From contig CAWAWS010000017.1 of assembly GCA_963785725.1 (NCBI GenBank), positions 167,176 through 231,175 on the forward strand: a stretch of DNA of 64,000 nt, read 5' to 3'. Positions 57,442 to 64,000 of this stretch are shown piece by piece. The first letter of the stretch is position 1. Each line of letters begins with the position of its first letter. The position numbers and the translations under genes are program-made. The stretch comes from an uncultured delta proteobacterium (GTDB lineage Bacteria > Myxococcota_A > Polyangia > Palsa-1104). The notes below the pieces were generated by a model, which had not been told where the DNA came from, did no database searches, and saw only the letters and a list, made by a program, of their open reading frames with translations.

Positions 57442-60117
57442 ATGATCGCGCCGGAACTCTCGCTGCAGCGGAGCGCCGCCGAGCCTCATCCGACGGCGAT
57501 GATCGAGCGACCAGGCCCCGTCCTGCGCTGGTTCTTCGACCGCTTCTTCGAGGAGATCGCCTTTCCGACGGAAGGCGCCGAGCGAATCCGGCGCGCGGCC
57601 GAGCGCGGCACTGTCGTTTACGTCTGCAAGACCCTCAGCTACATCGACTATTTTTATTTTTCGTTCGCCTTCTTGAAGTATGCGCTGCCGCTGTCGCGCT
57701 TCGCCAACGGCGTCAAGACGCTGCTGATGCAGCCGCTCGGACGCGTCATGCGCAATGCGCTCAAGCTGTGGCGCGGTCGCAAGGCGCCGCCGGTGAGCGA
57801 GCTGGCCGAGGTCGTGCGGCAGGGCGAGTCGGCGATGCTGTTCTTGAAGCGGCCGCACACGCTGTTCGGCTGGGAGCCGGCGCAGTTTCGTGGGGCGTAC
57901 GTCGAAGAGCTGATCCGCATTCAGCGCGAGCGCGGCGAGCATGGCCGGCCGATCATCTTCGTGCCGCTGACGCTCTTGTGGGGCTCGCCGGCGGTGCGCG
58001 CGGCGCGGTCGCGGCGTGGCATCGTCGACCTCATCTTCGGCGAGCGCGAGGCGCCGGGTCGCATTCGCGCCTGGTACACGTTCTTCACCGACTACAAAGA
58101 GTCGCAGGTGCTCGTCGGTGAGCCGCTGGAGCTGCCGCGTTTTCTCGGCGAAGAGGAGGGCGCGTCCGACGACGTGCTCACGCGCCGACTGCGTTGGCAG
58201 CTCGGCGGTCGCCTCGAAGCCGAAGTGCGCGTGGTGCTCGGCCCGCCGCGCAAAGGCGCAAAGCGGCTGCAAGAAGAGGTCTTGCGCAGCCGTCGCCTCG
58301 TCGCCGAAGCGCAGCAGATCGCGATCGAAGAGAAGCTGTCGCCCAAAGCGCTCGAGAAGCGCGCGCGCGCCGACTTGAAAGAGATCGCGGCCGACCCGAA
58401 GCCGTGGATGTTCGACGTCGTCGGCCATCCGATCTTGAACTGGGTCTTCCGCAAGATCTTCGACGGCATCGAGGTCGATCACGCCGGCCTCGAGCGCGTG
58501 CGCGCGGCGGCGCGCAAAGGGCCGCTCATCATCGTCCCCTCTCATAAGAGCCATATCGATTATCTCGTATTGTCTTATGTGTTCTTGATTAACGACTTGG
58601 TGCCGCCGCATATCGCCGCCGGCGCCAACTTGAGCTTTTGGCCGTTGGGCTTCTTCTTTCGTCGCGGCGGCGCCTTCTTTTTGCGGCGTTCGTTTCGCGG
58701 CGACAAGTTGTACGCGGCCGTGTTTCGCGCTTATGTGCGCAAGCTCTTACGCGAGCAGTTCAATATCGAGTTCTTCATCGAGGGCGGCCGTTCGCGCACC
58801 GGCAAGCTGCTCGCGCCCAAGCTCGGCCTCATGGGCATGATCGTCGACGCCGCGCTCGACGACGACGGCCGCCACGCGCGCGACGCCTTCGTCGTGCCGA
58901 TATCGATTGGCTACGAAAAGGTCATTGAAGAGAAGTCTTATGCAAAGGAATTGGCGGGCGGCGAAAAGAAGAAAGAGGACGTCAAAGGCTTATTGAAGGC
59001 GACCAAAGTGTTGGGCGCGCGTTATGGCCGTTTGAATATTCAGTTCGACGATCCCATGCCGTTCGGCGCGACCTTGCGCGAGTTCGGCGCGATGGCGGCG
59101 TGGGACGAAGAGCAGAACATCGTCGTCGCCGCCGAGAAGGACGCCTGGCAAGCGGCGACTTTGCGATTGGCGCACCGGATTGTGTACGGGATCAATCGGG
59201 TGACGGCGGTGACGCCGACGGCGCTGGCGGCGTCGGCGCTGCTGGCGACGGGGCGGCGCGGCATCGTGCGGCGCGAATTCCTGGCGCAGGCCGAGTTCTT
59301 GATGGATCGCGCGCGGCTCGACGGCGGGCGCTTGTCGGCGGCGGTCGTCGACGACTCGGGCGCGCTCGACAAAGAGGCGCTCGATCGCGCGCTCGACCTG
59401 TTGGCGCGCGACGGTGACGTCGAGGTGCGCGCCGGTGGCGGCTCGGGCGCGTACGACATCAAAAGCGGGCGCCCGCTCGACGAAATCTACACCGTCCCCG
59501 ACGAACGCCGCCCGCGGCTCGCTTACTATCGCAACAACGCCATTCATTTGTATGTCGCCGATGGTCTGGTGGCGCTGGCGTTGGCGTCGGGCTCGAAGCA
59601 TGGCCTCGTCGGCGTCGAGGCGCTGCGCACGCGGACGCTGGCGTTGTCGCGCCTCTTGAAGCTGGAGTTCACCTATCGCGTCGGTGAGACGTTCGAGGCC
59701 ATCTTCGATCAGACGCTGGCCGGGCTGAAGGCGACGGGGCTCGTCGTCGTCGACGCCGACGGCGCGGCCGTTCATTCGGCGCCGTCGAAGTCGACGCAGC
59801 TGGCGATCCTGGCGGGGCAGATCACCGACTTCGTCGAGTCCTATTACATCGCGGCGCGGGCATTGGAGACGGTGACGGCGCCGGTGAGCGACAAAGATCT
59901 CGTGCGGCGCGTGCACGAGCTCGGCGAAAAGATGTTCTTCACCGGCGAAGTGCGGCGGCGCGAGGCGTGTTTGCGCGCGAACTTCACGAACGCCATCGCT
60001 TATTTTCGCGAGCGGGGGCTGCTCGTCGAGAAGGACAAGAAGCTGTCGCTGGCCGCGGGCGTCGATCCGCGCAAGACGGCGACGGAGATCGAGGACCTGC
60101 TGCCGCCGTCGGCGTGA
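57442..60117 (+). CDS. plsB: Glycerol-3-phosphate 1-O-acyltransferase
   Basis: HKSHIDY (HX4D), AAGANL, GAFFLRRSF, FIEGGRSRTGKL. Confidence 0.92.
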   Translation: MIAPELSLQRSAAEPHPTAMIERPGPVLRWFFDRFFEEIAFPTEGAERIRRAAERGTVVYVCKTLSYIDYFYFSFAFLKYALPLSRFANGVKTLLMQPLGRVMRNALKLWRGRKAPPVSELAEVVRQGESAMLFLKRPHTLFGWEPAQFRGAYVEELIRIQRERGEHGRPIIFVPLTLLWGSPAVRAARSRRGIVDLIFGEREAPGRIRAWYTFFTDYKESQVLVGEPLELPRFLGEEEGASDDVLTRRLRWQLGGRLEAEVRVVLGPPRKGAKRLQEEVLRSRRLVAEAQQIAIEEKLSPKALEKRARADLKEIAADPKPWMFDVVGHPILNWVFRKIFDGIEVDHAGLERVRAAARKGPLIIVPSHKSHIDYLVLSYVFLINDLVPPHIAAGANLSFWPLGFFFRRGGAFFLRRSFRGDKLYAAVFRAYVRKLLREQFNIEFFIEGGRSRTGKLLAPKLGLMGMIVDAALDDDGRHARDAFVVPISIGYEKVIEEKSYAKELAGGEKKKEDVKGLLKATKVLGARYGRLNIQFDDPMPFGATLREFGAMAAWDEEQNIVVAAEKDAWQAATLRLAHRIVYGINRVTAVTPTALAASALLATGRRGIVRREFLAQAEFLMDRARLDGGRLSAAVVDDSGALDKEALDRALDLLARDGDVEVRAGGGSGAYDIKSGRPLDEIYTVPDERRPRLAYYRNNAIHLYVADGLVALALASGSKHGLVGVEALRTRTLALSRLLKLEFTYRVGETFEAIFDQTLAGLKATGLVVVDADGAAVHSAPSKSTQLAILAGQITDFVESYYIAARALETVTAPVSDKDLVRRVHELGEKMFFTGEVRRREACLRANFTNAIAYFRERGLLVEKDKKLSLAAGVDPRKTATEIEDLLPPSA

Positions 60118-60212
60118 CCGCCGGCCGTACGCAGGGCGCGACGTCGACGTGCTTGCGTCGCTGACGTGTGCTCGTCTTCGCTTCCGTGTTTGGGGGCGCG
60201 CTTCGGTGCCGA

Positions 60213-60680
60213 GCGCGTGCGGCCGGAATAAACCTTGCGCCGGCGTGGCTCGATCCGACGATGGCCGATTCCGGCGGAGCGGGCTCGCGCGCGGCCACCG
60301 GCCGCCCGCGCGAGCCCGCCGTGCGGGCCGAGCCCAGCCGCGCCGTGGTCACGACCGCGCCGCGCGGCACGCCGGCCGCGCCCGAAGTGGCCGACGGCGC
60401 GCCGGAAGTGCCCGACGGCGCGACGGAGTGCCCGACGGCGCGACGGAGTGCCCGACGGCGCGCCCGCAATGCCCGATGGCGCGCCCGCAATGCCCGACGG
60501 CGCGCCCGCAATGCCCGACGGCGCGCCGGAAGTGCCCGACGGCGCGCCCGCCGTTTCGGCGGTGCGCGACCGGCTCCGGCGCAGCGGGCGCCCGGTGGGC
60601 GCGCTGCGCCGGAGCTCCTGCGCGCCTGCCATCTTTGGAGCGAGCACGCCCGCCTCGAGGTTTATTCCGGCCGCACGCGC
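60213..60680. mobile_element. Foldback/MITE-like element with long terminal inverted repeats
   Basis: Perfect 23-nt IR (60213-60235 / 60658-60680), extending imperfectly to ~95 nt; no transposase. Confidence 0.55.
60387..60552 (+). repeat. Tandem repeat, 8 units of 20-21 nt (RTGCCCGACGGCGCG-core)
   Basis: Units start at 60387, 60408, 60428, 60448, 60469, 60490, 60511, 60532. Confidence 0.92.
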
Positions 60681-60838
60681 GAAGCGCCGACGTGTACCCC
60701 AAGAAGCGGAACCCAAGCGGCCCCACGACTGTAATCGCGCCATTGACGCGCGAGGCCCGCCGTCCCACCGACGCCCCGCATTTCCGCGCGTCCCCGCAGG
60801 CCGCGAATTGGCGCGCCGATTGCGTTGCCACGACGCCG

Positions 60839-61948
60839 ATGACGCGACTCTTGCGCCCGCTGTGGCCTTGCCTGGCCGCCTTGACGCTCGCCGCGTGCCA
60901 CGGCACGAGCAGCTCATCGTCCCGCGACGCCGATGCCGGAGCGAGCGGCGCCGACCTGGCCGTCGCCGCGCGTGACGGCAGCGTCGCCGGCGCGCCCGAC
61001 GCCGCAACCGACGGCTCCGTCGCCGCCATGCCCGACGCCGGCGGCCCCGCGTCCAAGCAGTCGCTCATTTGGGTCTGGCAGGACTACGTCAACTCGCTCG
61101 CCGCCGTCGCCGCCCACGCCTCCAGCTTCACGCAGGTGAGCCCTGCGCTCTACACGCTCAATTACGCTTACGCCTCGGGCGCTGCGCAGCTCTTGAGCGC
61201 CGACTTCGACGGCTTATCGGCCGCGCAAGTGAGCCAGACGATTCACGCCGCCAACCTCAAATGCATACCGCTCATTTATGCCGGCGCCGGAAACAACGGG
61301 ACCGATCAAGGCATTCAAAACATCCTCAATGACTCACCGACGGGCGCGCAGCAAAGCTTCATCACGTCGATGCTCGGCGAAGCCGCCAACAATGGCTATG
61401 ACGGCTATAACCTCGATTGGGAAGTCGGCAATACCGGCCATGATTACAGCGATAAGCTCGTCAGTTTCCTGAGTGCATTTCGCGACGCCTTGCACGCCAA
61501 AGGCATGACCTTATCGCTCGATTTGGGCACGTGGTATATCCAGCAATGCACCGACTCCGGCGCCAACGGCTTCGTCGATTTCACCACGCTCGGCGACAGC
61601 GTCGATTGGGCCATCCTCGAGGATTACGCCAACGGCTTGGGCACGCTCGGCAGCGGCTGCCCGTCCGGCTTACAAACGTCGATTCAATGCAGCACCGACT
61701 TCGCCGGCGGCCTCGACGTCATGTGTGACATTCCGCCGCAGAACGTCAGCATCGGCCTCATCTCCGCCTATTCGGGAAACTCGGGAACGAATCCATTTGC
61801 CGGCGACGCATTACAAGCCGTCAATACCTACGGATATCGCGCAGTCGCCATTTGGCCCGCATATTCGAACGTATTCCTCGACGAGACCGCGATATCCCCG
61901 TCCGGTTCCAGCTGGTATTCGCTATTGGCCGGCTATTTAACGCAATGA
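60839..61948 (+). CDS. GH18 (chitinase-like) lipoprotein
   Basis: Lipobox LAAC, D/A/G-rich linker, DGYNLDWE catalytic-type motif, terminal AIW. Confidence 0.8.
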   Translation: MTRLLRPLWPCLAALTLAACHGTSSSSSRDADAGASGADLAVAARDGSVAGAPDAATDGSVAAMPDAGGPASKQSLIWVWQDYVNSLAAVAAHASSFTQVSPALYTLNYAYASGAAQLLSADFDGLSAAQVSQTIHAANLKCIPLIYAGAGNNGTDQGIQNILNDSPTGAQQSFITSMLGEAANNGYDGYNLDWEVGNTGHDYSDKLVSFLSAFRDALHAKGMTLSLDLGTWYIQQCTDSGANGFVDFTTLGDSVDWAILEDYANGLGTLGSGCPSGLQTSIQCSTDFAGGLDVMCDIPPQNVSIGLISAYSGNSGTNPFAGDALQAVNTYGYRAVAIWPAYSNVFLDETAISPSGSSWYSLLAGYLTQ

Positions 61949-61964
61949 ACTGAGAGTCGAGCCG

Positions 61965-62573
61965 TCAGCGCAGCAAGTCTTGATGCTGCTGCAGTCGCTT
62001 GCCGACGACGCCCGCGGGCCACACGTGCCCGAGCTCGATGTTGTCGTAGGCCGCGCGCATCTGCCGCGCACAGCGGTCATATGGCATCCGCCCGATCGCC
62101 GTCGCCAACCCCGGACACATGAGCGAGCGGATCGCGCCCGCGTGCGCCGCGTTGTAGTCGCGCACGACGCGTAAGGCCGCGCGAAACGCCAAATAAGCAT
62201 TGAGCGTATCGGCCACGTCCATCGGAATCCGCATCGTCGGCGCGCTCACCAAATGGCGAATGGTGGCGTGATTCGTCGGCAAGATGACCGCGTGTCCGAC
62301 GGGCAGCTCGCCGTCGTGCTCGGCGCGCAACAACGCCTGCAAGCGCTCACCGAGGTCCCAGCCGAAATACTCGGAGTAAGCGAAGTCGATGCCGCCGTCC
62401 ATGAAGCCGAAGCTGTTGGCCGGGCTGACGATGGCGTCGGCCTGCACGCCGAAGATATCGCCCGTCGACACTTCCACGGCACCGATGTCGGCGAAATGCT
62501 CGCGCCAGGCCGTGCCCAGCGCCTCGTTGCGATCGCGCAGCAAGATCCGCAGCGGCTCGGTCTTCGTCGGCAT
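61965..62573 (-). CDS. Macro domain (ADP-ribose binding/processing) protein
   Basis: GDIF, DAIVSPANSFGFMDGGID, APTMR, PGLATAIG. Confidence 0.92.
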   Translation of the reverse strand: MPTKTEPLRILLRDRNEALGTAWREHFADIGAVEVSTGDIFGVQADAIVSPANSFGFMDGGIDFAYSEYFGWDLGERLQALLRAEHDGELPVGHAVILPTNHATIRHLVSAPTMRIPMDVADTLNAYLAFRAALRVVRDYNAAHAGAIRSLMCPGLATAIGRMPYDRCARQMRAAYDNIELGHVWPAGVVGKRLQQHQDLLR

Positions 62574-62623
62574 TCGAATGTCGATTGTGACGCGCCGGGA
62601 ATGCGCCGGCAAGCGCGGTTACT

Positions 62624-63943
62624 TCAGCTGAGCTGGCGCGTGTCCTTGCGGTCGCCGCCTTCGAACAGCACGTCTTCCGAGAGGTCGACGGCCTGCGCCT
62701 CCAGCCGTGCGCCCGACAGGTCGGCCGTCGTCTTGCGCAGCCGCTCCGTCAACACCTGCACGAAGCTCCACAACAGCTTCGTCGCCAGCACCGGCTCTTT
62801 GCGGATGATCTCGTAGAAGTCGCGCCGCCGCAGCATGAGCGCCCGCGACTGCTCCTCGGCCGTCGCCGACGCCGACCGCTTCGAGCGATCGACCAGCGCC
62901 ATCTCGCCGAAGTGCGCGCCACGCTCGAGGTGCGTGATGAACGCGTCGTCCTTGTGCAGCTTGACCTTGCCCGACAGGATGATGAAGAGCTCCTCGCCGT
63001 CGGTGCGCTCTTCGATGATGCGCTCGCCCGCCGAGTAGTCCTTGACCACCAAGACGTTGAGGAGACGCATGATCTCCTTGTAGGTCAGGTGCTTGAACAG
63101 CGGCATCTTCTTGAGGACATCGACGCGGTTGGCCAGATCGCTGGCGCGCGCCTGGTGCTCCTTCGCCGCCGACTCGTTCGACTCGACGCGCACGACGACA
63201 GCCGTGATGTTGTCGTGTCCGCCGCCCGCGTTCGCCAGCGCCACCAGCGTCTTGGGCGCGTCGGCGATGTCGTCGGCGGTCATGATCTCGGGCACGTCCG
63301 AGTCCTTCAGATACGCGTGCAGCCCGTCGGAACAGAGCAGAAAGCCGTCGCCCGGCAGCACTTCGAAGTCGAGCGCGTCCGTCTCCACCGACTCGTAAGC
63401 ACCGACGGCGCGCGTCACGGCGTTCTTGTACTTCGAGTAGGGCGAGGAATCGATCTCGTCGCGCTTGATCTTGCCGCGCCGCACGAGCTCGTTGATGAGC
63501 GAGTGATCTTCCGTCAGCTGGTGCACTTGATTCTGCCGCAGCAAGTAGATGCGCGAGTCGCCGACGTGGGCGATGAACCCGCGATCGCCCGCGATCAGCA
63601 GCGCCGACGTCGTCGTGCCCATGCCGCGCTTGTCCGGCTCGGCCTGCCCGCGGTGATAGATCGACGCGCACGCCGTCTGCACCGCGTGCTCCATCACGGC
63701 CAAAATTTCGGCCCGCGCCGCCGCGTCGTGCTCCTTGGCGTAGCGCTCGATGACGTCGGCGTTCTCGCGCACGACGCGCGAGACCTCGTGCACGGCGATC
63801 TGCGAGGCGACTTCGCCCGCGGCGTGTCCGCCCATCCCGTCGGCGACGACGAACAGGTTCAGCTTGGGATCGACGAGGTAGTTGTCCTCGTTATGGTCGC
63901 GCTGGCGACCGATGTCCGTCGCGGCGAAGAACTTGAGCTCCAC
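62624..63943 (-). CDS. PP2C Ser/Thr phosphatase with C-terminal cNMP-binding domain
   Basis: RDHNED, VADGMGG, MGTT, HVGDSR, CSDGL, GGHDNIT; FGEMAL..RSASA. Confidence 0.93.
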   Translation of the reverse strand: MELKFFAATDIGRQRDHNEDNYLVDPKLNLFVVADGMGGHAAGEVASQIAVHEVSRVVRENADVIERYAKEHDAAARAEILAVMEHAVQTACASIYHRGQAEPDKRGMGTTTSALLIAGDRGFIAHVGDSRIYLLRQNQVHQLTEDHSLINELVRRGKIKRDEIDSSPYSKYKNAVTRAVGAYESVETDALDFEVLPGDGFLLCSDGLHAYLKDSDVPEIMTADDIADAPKTLVALANAGGGHDNITAVVVRVESNESAAKEHQARASDLANRVDVLKKMPLFKHLTYKEIMRLLNVLVVKDYSAGERIIEERTDGEELFIILSGKVKLHKDDAFITHLERGAHFGEMALVDRSKRSASATAEEQSRALMLRRRDFYEIIRKEPVLATKLLWSFVQVLTERLRKTTADLSGARLEAQAVDLSEDVLFEGGDRKDTRQLS

Positions 63944-64000
63944 CTTTTGGGCCTCTCGTCGCTATTCGGCGCAGACAGCGTCACATGCCCGGCGTGCACT

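Noticed and set aside
60387..60552. Possible CRISPR array
   Set aside because: Units are contiguous with no unique spacers, and there are no cas genes in the window

Overview
High-GC bacterial chromosome segment. It is most likely Myxococcota, based on RomR next to valS, an MglA-family GTPase, a MYXO-CTERM protein, PEGA-domain proteins and a pilR-pilin-pilG-like locus. It holds about 60 mostly core or housekeeping genes in this order: a lon-mglA-like-histidine kinase-2xCNNM-larB-larC-sensor cluster, a MacB-type ABC transporter, a cyclophilin, tag, a DGPF/ECF42 sigma pair, a Ser/Thr kinase, a TMTC-like GT-C glycosyltransferase beside two tandem type IV pilins and pilR, a large uptake block (AtoE, TauE, OPT, three APC permeases, nucleoside ABC), romR-valS, plsB, a GH18 lipoprotein, a macrodomain protein and a PP2C-cNMP phosphatase. 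I saw no rRNA, tRNA, CRISPR array, transposase or prophage. Six genes, including essential valS, carry frameshifts that look like sequencing or assembly indels. The most notable candidates are: (i) a TMTC-like protein glycosyltransferase at a two-pilin locus; (ii) a catalytic-domain-less HisKA sensor coupled to a full kinase, beside orphan larBC, paired CNNM genes and an MglB-less GTPase; (iii) a ~470-bp foldback element enclosing 20-21-nt tandem repeats; (iv) a 99-nt hairpin after valS; (v) sigma54-type promoters in front of a possible sRNA/small ORF and a 26-aa leader ORF; and (vi) a recurring leaderless-mRNA promoter signature. All functional calls come from motif recognition by eye; no database searches were run.
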